Positions 18,230 to 27,156 of a stretch of 64,000 bases of DNA are shown here, in pieces. Within the stretch, counting starts at the first letter, position 1, and every line of letters begins with the position of its first letter. Source of the DNA: a virus (taxonomy: Duplodnaviria > Caudoviricetes). The translations under genes were made by a program, and so were the position numbers. Below the pieces are notes generated by a model. The model did not search any database, was not told where the DNA came from, and saw nothing but the letters and a program-made list of their open reading frames with translations. The DNA is taken from positions 1 to 64,000 of IMG/VR virus record IMGVR_UViG_3300045284_000107; one strand, 5' to 3'.

Positions 18230-18679
18230 ATGAAAGAAATACCTCTCACACAGGGCCACGTCTCTCTAATAGATGACGAGGACTATGAATTAGTCTCTCG
18301 TTATCCGTGGTATGCCGATGTTGGAAAGTGGACAACTTATGCCAAATCAGACAACGTATTCTGGTATGGCATTATACGAATGCACGCCTTTATTATGAAG
18401 CCCCCTGCGGGCTTCATAGTTCACCACATTGATGAAAATGGATTAAACAACCAAAAATACAATCTCGAAAATATCACTCAAATGGAACACGCAACAAAAT
18501 CTAAACTACGATACAACAAATCAGGAAGCCTTTATCGAGGGGTTTACCTCCATAAAAGCGGATGGTATTCCGCCGAAATCTGGCGCAACTATAAAAAAAC
18601 TTACCTCGGCCTGTTCCAAACACAAAAAGCAGCAGCCGAGGCTTATCTACAGGCAGCTGAGAGGATGGACAAAAAGTGA
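18230..18679 (+). mobile_element. HNH homing endonuclease with C-terminal AP2 domain
   Basis: RMHAFIM...VHHIDENGLNNQKYNL; YRGVY...AEI....KTYLGLF.T.KAAAEAY. Confidence 0.9.
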
Positions 18680-19881
18680 AAATACTTCTATGCGGAGAGG
18701 CGTGGGGCCGAAACGAAAACGACTACAAACACGCATTTGTAGGTACAAGCGGCCAAGAACTGGCCCGCATGTGTGGGGAGGCTGGGATATGCCCTCCCCT
18801 GTCCCGCGAATGCCGCCACTGTAAGTCTCAGGTCCAATTCGGGCGCTGCGATCAATGCGGCACCTGGAACGGCGTCTCCTTTCTGGAAATGGTCCATTTC
18901 TGGGCCAAAACCAGAAACTCTGGCGTGGCCCTAAGTAACACCTTCAATGCCCACCCCGAAAAGGACAACATAGAACTGTTTTTCGACAACAAACTCGGCG
19001 ATGTATGCCTAGATTATCCGCCCTACAAGCGAGGCGCCAAAAATCTGTATGTTTTAAATCAATACTCCCACCACATAAAGCGTCTCCATGACGAAATAGA
19101 GGAAATGCGCCCAAACATCATAATCCCCCTCGGGAACACCGCCTGTTGGGCAATCCTGTCCCAGACTAAAATCTCAGATTTGCGCGGAACAGTACACCAG
19201 ACCAAATGGGACATAAAAGCCTTACCTACCTATCACCCCGCCGCACTTAGAGATTGGGCCTTGCGCCCCCTGATCGTATCCGATCTAAAAAAGGCAAATG
19301 AAGAAAGTCACAAACCCGGCATAACCCGAAACAAAGTCTGGATCAAGAAAAACCCCAATTTGGACGAAATCGAGGAATGGTTCTCCGTGCCTACGGCACG
19401 GTATTCCTGCGATATTGAAAGTGGGTTCGTCCTATACTCAAAGGCCGAATTGGGCCGCATGAAACAATACGCCCCAAAAGCGCGAAACATCCTCGCCCAA
19501 CTTATCTCTATGGTGGGTTTTGCCAGGGATGGAGAGCAGGGACTTGTAATCCCCTTCATGACCCGAAACCAAGACAATGGCCAACTAGAAAACTACTGGC
19601 CCAGCCCCTCACATGAAGTCCTAGCATGGAAATGGGTCCAACACGGACTTAGCAGCGGGGCAGAATTAGTCTTCCAAAACGGCCTCTATGATGTGAATAG
19701 ATTATTATGCAGCGGGATGCGCCCCAAAAACATGGCCCACGACACAATGCTCCTACACCACGCCCTTTTCCCCGAAATGCTCAAAGGCCTGGGTTTTCTA
19801 AATTCCATCTATGGCGACATGGGCGACTTTGGCTGGAAATCCATGTATGGAAAAGGCGAGTCACTAAAGAGGGATGACTAA
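18676..19881 (+). CDS. uracil-DNA glycosylase (family 4-like) + 3'-5' exonuclease: N-terminal half of a split family A DNA polymerase
   Basis: GEAWG..E....FVGTSG, LGNTA, TYHPAA (UDG); DIE (ExoI), FQNGLYD (ExoII), HDTMLLHH. Confidence 0.85.
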   Translation: MKILLCGEAWGRNENDYKHAFVGTSGQELARMCGEAGICPPLSRECRHCKSQVQFGRCDQCGTWNGVSFLEMVHFWAKTRNSGVALSNTFNAHPEKDNIELFFDNKLGDVCLDYPPYKRGAKNLYVLNQYSHHIKRLHDEIEEMRPNIIIPLGNTACWAILSQTKISDLRGTVHQTKWDIKALPTYHPAALRDWALRPLIVSDLKKANEESHKPGITRNKVWIKKNPNLDEIEEWFSVPTARYSCDIESGFVLYSKAELGRMKQYAPKARNILAQLISMVGFARDGEQGLVIPFMTRNQDNGQLENYWPSPSHEVLAWKWVQHGLSSGAELVFQNGLYDVNRLLCSGMRPKNMAHDTMLLHHALFPEMLKGLGFLNSIYGDMGDFGWKSMYGKGESLKRDD

Positions 19882-19883
19882 AA

Positions 19884-20222
19884 ATGTACAAAGTAACAAA
19901 TGAACTAACAGTAGCCCCATTGGGCACAGCACTCTTAAATATCCCAAATACCATCCTCTATCTAGGTTCTATGAGCCGGGCCAAATTCTATGCCGACATA
20001 CTGCCTCACCTAGAAACAATAAAAATAGGAAAACGAACTATGATTGTAAAAGAATCCATAGACAAGTTTATCAATGCACACCGGGTCGATCATATAGAAC
20101 CAAAAGCCAAATACATTGGCTGGACCTGCATGAACTGTGCAAAACCAGTCGCCGGCCCATATGCCAAATGCACCCATTGTGGCCACAAACCTCCAAGATC
20201 TTCACATGAAGGCCCACACTAA
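19884..20222 (+). CDS. excisionase-like HTH_17 protein with C-terminal zinc ribbon
   Basis: LGSMSRAKFY...IKIGKRTMIVKESIDKFI; CMNC...CTHC. Confidence 0.6.
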   Translation: MYKVTNELTVAPLGTALLNIPNTILYLGSMSRAKFYADILPHLETIKIGKRTMIVKESIDKFINAHRVDHIEPKAKYIGWTCMNCAKPVAGPYAKCTHCGHKPPRSSHEGPH

Positions 20223-20256
20223 AACCTACAATTTCCCGGCTCCAAGGACACACCCC

Positions 20257-20442
20257 ATGAAAAAAGGTAATTCCGACCTCGTAGACATATCGGGCGAAGT
20301 CCGCCACGAAACAGAAAAAGCCTATCTGTTTTACGATGGCAAGGACCAAGCCTGGATGCCCAAATCCCTATGCCAATGGGACGATCTAAACAAAATCATG
20401 ACCTGTCCAGAATGGATAGCCCTAGAAAAAGGCCTAATCTAA
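20257..20442 (+). CDS. small conserved phage protein (HETEKA...WMPKS...PEWIALEKGL)
   Basis: Recognisable phage-family motif; TAATG coupling to the polymerase gene. Confidence 0.7.
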   Translation: MKKGNSDLVDISGEVRHETEKAYLFYDGKDQAWMPKSLCQWDDLNKIMTCPEWIALEKGLI

Positions 20443-21905
20443 TGCTCATTGCAGCCCACGAACAAAACCTAGATGATGGCGATCCCCAAATCTACAACGG
20501 ATTTGATTGTGTAAGAACCCACAAAATCCTAACGAAACTGCTGGACCTCCCCCAGTACGGACCCATTTACAATTTGGAACGGGGAATGCAAGGCCCCGTA
20601 ATGGAAATGATGTTGAGGGGATTTCTGATTGACCCGATGGAACGGGAGAACGCCGTTCAAGACATTAAAGCCAGACTTGAAGGCATCAGTAAGGTATTGG
20701 ACCTGTTGTCGTTCACCTTGTCGGATAACCCCCTGAACTACAACTCCCACAAGCAAATCAAAGAACTATTTTATGACTTGTTAAAGATACCCCCAATCGA
20801 GAAATCATTTAAGGGCGAAAAGAAAACCCCAATGAATGAAGAAACCCTAGAAAAATTGCGCCTAAAACACCCCTCAATTCGTCCTTTATGTGCGGCCATC
20901 CTATCCTGCCGCGACCTAAAAAAACAATTAGAAAAACTTCAGATGGAGGTCGATGATGACTGGCGCATACGAACCTCAATCAACATCGCCGGTACAAACG
21001 AAGGACGGTTCTCTAGTTCCAAGTCCTTTACCGGAACCGGCGGAAATATGCAAAATGTTACAGAAAGTGTCAGAAGAATGTTTATTTCGGACCCCGGATG
21101 GCGGCTATTTGGTATTGATAAAGAACAAGCCGAAAGCCGATGGGTCGGCCTATACTGCGGCATCCTATTTGACGATTGGTCCTATCTGGATGCGCTTCAG
21201 TCCGGAGATGGACATACGGCAGTTGCAAGAATGGTATGGGAAAAAGACCTCCCCTGGACCGGAAACCTCAAACAAGACCGCGAAATCGCAGACCGCCCCT
21301 TCGCAAAAGAAACCTATCGTCAATCGTGTAAGATCCTGGCTCACGCAACCAACATCCTGGGGCGGCCACCCACAATATCCATCCATACTGGCATACCTGT
21401 CAAATTGGTCAAAGACTTCCAAGACAAATACTTTTCGGCATTCCCCTGCATCCCAAAATACCACACCTGGCTCGCCCAACAACTCCAAACCAAACAATAC
21501 CTAACCAACATCTTTGGCAGACAGAGAGATTTCTTTGATCGGCCCGAAGCAGATGAAACCATAAGACAGGCGGCTGCATTTATGCAGGCCTCAAGTAACG
21601 CCGATGATATTAACTTGGGCTTGTGGCGCGTCTGGAAAAAGATGGGCCTTAGAGTACAACTCCTAACCCAAGAACACGACGCCATATATGGCCAATTTAA
21701 AAGCGACGATGACGAAAGAAACTTCATCGACACCGTACAAGAGCACCTAAAGGTAGAGATAGACTTGGGAACTCGCAAGTTCTCCGTCCCAACAGACGCA
21801 AAGACAGGCCGCAACAAAGGCTTACGGTGGAAAAATGGACAAGAAATCAACCCCTTTGGCCTCGACAAACCCTGCGCCCCGCGACCCAACTCCTACTACA
21901 CATAA
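20442..21905 (+). CDS. polA: DNA polymerase family A, C-terminal half (ExoIII + polymerase domain)
   Basis: YNGFD (ExoIII), GTNEGRFSS, motif A GIDKEQAESR, motif B RQSCKILAH, motif C HDAI. Confidence 0.9.
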   Translation: MLIAAHEQNLDDGDPQIYNGFDCVRTHKILTKLLDLPQYGPIYNLERGMQGPVMEMMLRGFLIDPMERENAVQDIKARLEGISKVLDLLSFTLSDNPLNYNSHKQIKELFYDLLKIPPIEKSFKGEKKTPMNEETLEKLRLKHPSIRPLCAAILSCRDLKKQLEKLQMEVDDDWRIRTSINIAGTNEGRFSSSKSFTGTGGNMQNVTESVRRMFISDPGWRLFGIDKEQAESRWVGLYCGILFDDWSYLDALQSGDGHTAVARMVWEKDLPWTGNLKQDREIADRPFAKETYRQSCKILAHATNILGRPPTISIHTGIPVKLVKDFQDKYFSAFPCIPKYHTWLAQQLQTKQYLTNIFGRQRDFFDRPEADETIRQAAAFMQASSNADDINLGLWRVWKKMGLRVQLLTQEHDAIYGQFKSDDDERNFIDTVQEHLKVEIDLGTRKFSVPTDAKTGRNKGLRWKNGQEINPFGLDKPCAPRPNSYYT

Positions 21906-21959
21906 GCCCAAAACACCCCGCTCACTACTAAAATATTGCTTCTACTGTGACGATAATAC

Positions 21960-22265
21960 TTGTACGGGCGGACCATGCCCAAAATGTGGCCATCCAACAA
22001 GAGGCTAACCCCTATGTTAAAAATATCCTTCACCGGAAAGAAAGCTGGCAAACCCCTAAAAGGAATAGTTTTTGGCCTGTCCTACACAAACCTCGAACGA
22101 CTAAAAGATGGCCAACCCATCGTCATAAACGGTGACGAAGTAAGACTGCCGGGTTATGAGATCCTAATCTTTTCGGGGCCAACAGAACAATCTATGGCCC
22201 GCGAAATCCACGAACTTATAGGCCCCAATACCCAGGTCCATATAGACCCGCGCCTAAAGGACTAG
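21960..22265 (+). CDS. hypothetical protein (start uncertain)
   Basis: ORF between polA and dcd. Confidence 0.6.
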   Translation: MYGRTMPKMWPSNKRLTPMLKISFTGKKAGKPLKGIVFGLSYTNLERLKDGQPIVINGDEVRLPGYEILIFSGPTEQSMAREIHELIGPNTQVHIDPRLKD

Positions 22266-22267
22266 AA

Positions 22268-22729
22268 ATGATCTTACCAGCCCAAGAAATAAGACGTTTG
22301 AAAATTCTTGACCCATGCCTTGAACGGACCCAATTCAACGGTGTAAGTCATGGACTTGGCCCTGCTGGATATGACCTACGTATCGCCTCTGATATTCATC
22401 TTTGGCCTAGTTCTAGCGTTCGTGTCGATGCGATAGAAAAGTTTTCGATGCCCAACGACGTAATGGGATTTATCTTTTCCAAATCAACCTGGGCCAGACT
22501 TCACATTGAACATGCCACTACAGTTATAGAACCCGGTTGGCGCGGAACCCTAAGATTAGAAATCAACATGCACTTTGGCCCCGAACCTGTGAAGATCGCC
22601 GCAGGGACGGGCATCGCCCAAGTAGTATTCTTTCGCTTAGAAAGCCCTACAGATAACCCCTATGAGGGGAAATACCAGGACCAACTCGCCAATACAGACG
22701 CCCTATTCCTCAAAAACAACGGCCAATAA
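22268..22729 (+). CDS. dcd: dCTP deaminase (trimeric dUTPase-like fold)
   Basis: GLGPAGYDLRI, SKSTWAR, IEPGWRGTLRLEI, YEGKYQDQ. Confidence 0.75.
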   Translation: MILPAQEIRRLKILDPCLERTQFNGVSHGLGPAGYDLRIASDIHLWPSSSVRVDAIEKFSMPNDVMGFIFSKSTWARLHIEHATTVIEPGWRGTLRLEINMHFGPEPVKIAAGTGIAQVVFFRLESPTDNPYEGKYQDQLANTDALFLKNNGQ

Positions 22730-22744
22730 AAAGGTCCATGTCCA

Positions 22745-23944
22745 GTGCCAGATTGGATCGACACCTTTGTAAGAGACACCGAGGGAATACAATCCCCTGA
22801 AAGTTTCAGACTTTGGACCGGCATAACTACCGTTGCCGGTGCCCTGGAACGCCGAGTGTGGACCGAGACGGACAAGGGACCACTATATCCAAATATGTTC
22901 ACCCTCTTATCAGGGGTTCCTGCCTCGGGCAAATCCCTGATGGTGGCCCAAGCCCGCAAATTCTGGATAGAAACCCGCGAAACCACCACCGAATACTTAC
23001 ACGTTGGTCCTGACAACCCCACAAAGAAATCATTCCTTGATGAACTGGAAAAATCCCAAAGAAATTCCCACGACGGCGCGGGAAAACCTACAATCTTCTG
23101 CGCCATGTCTATGGCCTGTAGTGAATTTTCCGTCCTCTTTTCCAAAGCAGAGAGTCAATTCTTCGGAGACATGACCTCCCTGTACGACAACCTCGACAAA
23201 TACACAGCGCCGAGGTCCACCACAAAATCCATAGATATTGACCGCCCAACAGTAAACATCCTTGCGGGTGTCACACCTGATTTCTTGGCCGACCTCCTAC
23301 CCGAGAGTGCGTGGGGCCAAGGCTTTACCTCCAGACTTTTATTTATATATGGCGCGAAAGTTGAAAACCCCAACCGTAATGTCTTCCAAAAGCGCCCCAA
23401 AGACAACCACGACATGCTCCAAATCGAACTCAATCGCATATTCAGAATTGCCGGCGAATTTCTATGGGAAGACGAGGCCCAAGAAGCCCTAAACCAATGG
23501 TTTGCAGAGGGACTTCCCCCCAAACCAGACTATGGCCGTTTATTACACTATGCTGGAAGACGTGAAGCCCATGTCCTAAAATTAGCCATGATAAGTGCAA
23601 TCTCATATCACCAAAGTCTTACCGTGACACTGGCGGATTTCCTGCGCGCAAAGAAATGGCTCTTAGACGCCGAAAAGACCATGCCAGATGTTTTCAAGGC
23701 CATGCGCCAACGCTCAGACTCACAACTCCTACAAGACCTCTACCAACACGTCTATGCCCTATGGTCCTCCGTTGTACATGAAAAGCGGCAACCCCTACCA
23801 GAAGAAGTCCTATGGGAATTTCTCACGGAACGCGCCCCTACGGATAGAATATCCCGCTTGATCGAGAGTGCCTACCGATCAGGCATCATCCGGCCCGGCA
23901 CAAAGCCCGGCACCTTTATCCCGCGCCCAAGAACTGAAACTTAG
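22745..23944 (+). CDS. DUF3987 P-loop ATPase (helicase/primase-associated)
   Basis: PESF..W......GA..RRVW...PNMF..L.G.PASGKS; GFTSRLLFIY. Confidence 0.75.
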   Translation: MPDWIDTFVRDTEGIQSPESFRLWTGITTVAGALERRVWTETDKGPLYPNMFTLLSGVPASGKSLMVAQARKFWIETRETTTEYLHVGPDNPTKKSFLDELEKSQRNSHDGAGKPTIFCAMSMACSEFSVLFSKAESQFFGDMTSLYDNLDKYTAPRSTTKSIDIDRPTVNILAGVTPDFLADLLPESAWGQGFTSRLLFIYGAKVENPNRNVFQKRPKDNHDMLQIELNRIFRIAGEFLWEDEAQEALNQWFAEGLPPKPDYGRLLHYAGRREAHVLKLAMISAISYHQSLTVTLADFLRAKKWLLDAEKTMPDVFKAMRQRSDSQLLQDLYQHVYALWSSVVHEKRQPLPEEVLWEFLTERAPTDRISRLIESAYRSGIIRPGTKPGTFIPRPRTET

Positions 23945-23956
23945 GAAACCACAACA

Positions 23957-24517
23957 ATGATCTTAGGATTGTGCGGCCCCAAAGGCGTAGGCAAATCTAC
24001 CTTCGCCCGCGAACTGACCAAGGATTATGACTTTCGGCGCATCAGTTTTGCAGACCCCTTACGAGACATGCTGAGATCATTGCTGTATGCCCAAGAATGC
24101 CCCGAAGATGACACCGACCGAATACTTTACGGCGATCTAAAAGAAACCCCCAACTTTGACTATTTTATGGGCCGAACCCCCCGCTACATGCTCCAAACCC
24201 TAGGCACAGAATGGGGCCGCCTCTTGGTCGATGAATATTTCTGGGTCAACGTCCTAGTAACCACCGTTAAAAACCTCCAAACCCAAGCCAAGATCCAAAA
24301 CTTCGTAGTGGACGACATGCGGTTCAAATCGGAGGCCAAAGAACTAAAAGTAATAGGCGCCAAACTTATCCTAATAGAACGCGACGGCTATCTACCAGGC
24401 GAACACCTATCCGAACAAGAATACCTAGAAATCAAACCCGACTTTAAAATCAAAAACTCCAAAGATCCCTCCTATATGATCGAACAACTAAAAGCCGCCA
24501 ACTTCCCCAACTTATAA
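23957..24517 (+). CDS. deoxynucleoside monophosphate kinase
   Basis: GLCGPKGVGKST, FADPLR, TPRYMLQTLGTEWGR, DDMRF..E. Confidence 0.9.
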   Translation: MILGLCGPKGVGKSTFARELTKDYDFRRISFADPLRDMLRSLLYAQECPEDDTDRILYGDLKETPNFDYFMGRTPRYMLQTLGTEWGRLLVDEYFWVNVLVTTVKNLQTQAKIQNFVVDDMRFKSEAKELKVIGAKLILIERDGYLPGEHLSEQEYLEIKPDFKIKNSKDPSYMIEQLKAANFPNL

Positions 24518-24709
24518 AAATGAACTTACGAGAAGCCCTAATGTACGATGTCTTATGCACCCTTTTGCATAGATTATCGGGCACCTTAGCCGAGGAGTGG
24601 GTCGCCCCAAATCCTCGCGCCTCAGAACAAGCCGCCATGTCCCAATACGAGGGCGGCCTCTGCGATCTAATCTTCTGCACCCTGCAACTTGTTGATAAGG
24701 ACTTAGAAA

Positions 24710-26446
24710 ATGGGACCACAGACCCCCAGCGCCGACCGCCTCCACGCAATGAAATACCGCTCACCGGGCGAAGACTTCCGCGAAAGTATGAACCGGGTAG
24801 CATTTGGCTTAAAAGATTCGGACAACCACTACCACAAAACACGAGAAATTTTACTGGATCAACGGTTCCTTCCCGGTGGGCGCATCCAGTCGGCCATAGG
24901 ATCTTCCAAACACGTTACAAGCCATAACTGCTACGTCTCGGGCACCATTTCGGACTCATTTGTGGAGGGTCCAGGCTCCATAATGGACCGCGCAAAAGAA
25001 GCTGCCGCAACTATGCGTATGGGTGGAGGAATAGGCTATGACTTCTCAACTCTACGTCCGCGCGGAGAATTGGTGGCTAAACTACAAAGTCAATCCTCAG
25101 GACCAGTATCTTTCATGCATATCTTCGACGCTGTATGTCTTGCCACCGCGTCATCAGGGCACAGGCGAGGTGCTCAGATGGGCATCCTACGTATCGACCA
25201 TCCAGACATCGAGGAATTTATCCACGCTAAAAACAACCGGGATAAGCTCATTGGATTTAACATCAGCGTGGCCGTAACCGACGCCTTCATGGAGGCCATG
25301 AACAAAGGGGAAGAATTTCCCCTACAATGGAACGGCAAAAACTACCGCTATGTAGACGCGCGCGAATTGTGGGAAAACTTAATGCGCTCTACTTGGGACT
25401 GGGCCGAACCCGGAGTGGTGTTTATCGACACCATTAACAAAATGAACAATCTGTACTATTGTGAGACAATTGCAAGTACAAACCCCTGTTCTGAACAGCC
25501 CCTCCCGCCCTACGGTGCATGTCTATTGGGCAGTTTCAACCTTGTAAAGTATCTTTCGCGCGGTCCCGTCCCGGTAGGTCAAAGTCCCTGGACCTTTGAC
25601 ACTGAACTTCTCATCCACGACATTGCCCCAATCGTGCGCGCCCTAGACAATGTAATTGACAAAACCAGATACCCCCTAGCAGAACAACGCGCCGAAGCCA
25701 TGACAAAAAGAAGAATGGGAATTGGCATCACTGGTCTGGCAAACACCGCCGAAGCAATGGGTTACGTCTATGGCTCCCCCGAGTTCTGCACATTTGAATT
25801 GGGAATCCTCAATACCATAAATCGCGGGGCCTATCTCGCAAGTGCAGAATTGGCCGAGGAAAAAGGCCCGTTCCCACTATTCGACAGTGACAGGTACTTG
25901 GCAGGGGAATACGTCAAGGGCCTCGACGAGGAGGTGCGCCGAAAAATAAAAACTTGTGGAATGCGTAACTCCCACCTAACAAGTATAGCCCCGACCGGCA
26001 CAATCTCGTTGTGTGCCGACAATGTATCGTCCAGTATTGAACCCGTATTTGCCTACCGGCAAGAGCGGCCAATCAATACGCCTACGGGTCAGGCGATTGA
26101 AACCCTGGAGGACTACGGCTCCAAGTTCTTAAACATCAAAGGCAAACTTGCCAGTGATGTTACCGCTCAGGAACATTTGAACGTCTTGTTGACAGCTCAG
26201 AAGTACCTGGACTCGGCGGCATCCAAAACCATCAACATGGATGGCCGCAAAATGCCCTGGGAAGACTTCAAAAAAATCTACCAGACCGTATGGGAAAAAG
26301 GCGGTAAGGGCTGTAGTACATTCAACATTGCAGGAAAGCGCGGCGCGTTGTTATCAGAGGCTGAACCCGATGACATAGAAGTTGTCATAGACGAATACGA
26401 CATGTGCGAAATAGATCCTCTTACGGGGCGGCGTAACTGTGAATAA
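24710..26446 (+). CDS. nrdJ: class II (B12-dependent) ribonucleotide reductase
   Basis: FLPGGRI, NCYV, RRGAQMG, FNISV, EPGVVFID, TNPCSEQPL, APTGTIS, SKTIN; no beta-subunit gene nearby. Confidence 0.9.
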   Translation: MGPQTPSADRLHAMKYRSPGEDFRESMNRVAFGLKDSDNHYHKTREILLDQRFLPGGRIQSAIGSSKHVTSHNCYVSGTISDSFVEGPGSIMDRAKEAAATMRMGGGIGYDFSTLRPRGELVAKLQSQSSGPVSFMHIFDAVCLATASSGHRRGAQMGILRIDHPDIEEFIHAKNNRDKLIGFNISVAVTDAFMEAMNKGEEFPLQWNGKNYRYVDARELWENLMRSTWDWAEPGVVFIDTINKMNNLYYCETIASTNPCSEQPLPPYGACLLGSFNLVKYLSRGPVPVGQSPWTFDTELLIHDIAPIVRALDNVIDKTRYPLAEQRAEAMTKRRMGIGITGLANTAEAMGYVYGSPEFCTFELGILNTINRGAYLASAELAEEKGPFPLFDSDRYLAGEYVKGLDEEVRRKIKTCGMRNSHLTSIAPTGTISLCADNVSSSIEPVFAYRQERPINTPTGQAIETLEDYGSKFLNIKGKLASDVTAQEHLNVLLTAQKYLDSAASKTINMDGRKMPWEDFKKIYQTVWEKGGKGCSTFNIAGKRGALLSEAEPDDIEVVIDEYDMCEIDPLTGRRNCE

Positions 26447-26636
26447 AAAAGACGAACCCCTCTACCGTCGCACGGCCCGCCTAAAAAGGCGTAAGTGCCA
26501 CAAAGGACATTCCCGCCACAATGCCTTCGTTGAAATAGACCACCGAACGGGGGGCATAAGATTACGGTGCCGCACTTGCCACCGCGAACGCCTAAAAAAA
26601 TACCACTCGGAAGGAAAACTCTACCGCTATGTCTAA
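26439..26636 (+). CDS. small Zn-binding protein resembling the C-terminal domain of some HNH endonucleases
   Basis: CHKGH...RCRTC. Confidence 0.5.
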   Translation: MNKKDEPLYRRTARLKRRKCHKGHSRHNAFVEIDHRTGGIRLRCRTCHRERLKKYHSEGKLYRYV

Positions 26637-26754
26637 ATGGAGGACTTCCCATGACCTGTGCCCAACTACGATGTCAAAGTATCGTCTACTGGGCCTGGCA
26701 CAACGGCCGTATTGATTATTATCCCCACACCCTCAACCGTATGGGACACAAAAA

Positions 26755-26958
26755 ATGTTGGAAAAGGTTGTCTCCGCCCTCGAAAATGACCTCAACACTT
26801 CCCTCGCGATTACCCACCTCAACTCCCTTGCCAAGCAAATTATGGTCGAGACTGACCCGCAAAAACTATGGGAATTAAAGGTACAACTTTTGGCGGGCAT
26901 GAAATTGTTAGGACTGGAACCAAAATCCATTGGCGGGAATGGGAAGTCTCGTCCGTAA
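26755..26958 (+). CDS. stand-alone DALR-like domain (as in the CysRS C-terminus)
   Basis: ALENDLNTSLAITHL...LLAGMKLLGL. Confidence 0.6.
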   Translation: MLEKVVSALENDLNTSLAITHLNSLAKQIMVETDPQKLWELKVQLLAGMKLLGLEPKSIGGNGKSRP

Positions 26959-27110
26959 TGGCCAGCGATCGAGTGGTAAATCCCACCCGCAGCCACACTT
27001 CCTCACTCTAACCCTACGGGCGGCGCAATGGACTGGCCCCCCATTACACATAAGTCCAAATTATGTGTAGGCTGAGAGCTTACAGCTTGTAAGTCCTGAG
27101 TTTCGGCGGC

Positions 27111-27156
27111 TTGGTATCCCTGGGAACCCCAAACTCTCAGGGAGATACCAATTTTT
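27111..27156 (+). terminator. intrinsic terminator at the convergent junction
   Basis: TTGGTATCCCTGGGA...TCTCAGGGAGATACCAA followed by TTTTT. Confidence 0.6.

Noticed and set aside
18226-18702. Group I intron interrupting the UDG gene
   Set aside because: The HNH ORF fills the whole interval, leaving no room for an intron core; the 3' junction lacks the terminal G; the downstream gene has its own start
19850-20500. Split intein joining the two polymerase halves
   Set aside because: No C/S-initiated N-intein block at the end of gene 1 and no HN-C/S/T block at the start of gene 2
24520-24927. 135-aa ORF between dNMP kinase and nrdJ
   Set aside because: Overlaps nrdJ by over 200 nt and has no recognisable motif; may be real but is not supportable
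26651-26878. ORF with a strong GGAGG RBS, possibly frameshifting into the DALR-like ORF at an A6 run
   Set aside because: C AAA AAA is not a canonical slippery heptamer, the ORF has no motif support, and the DALR ORF has its own ATG
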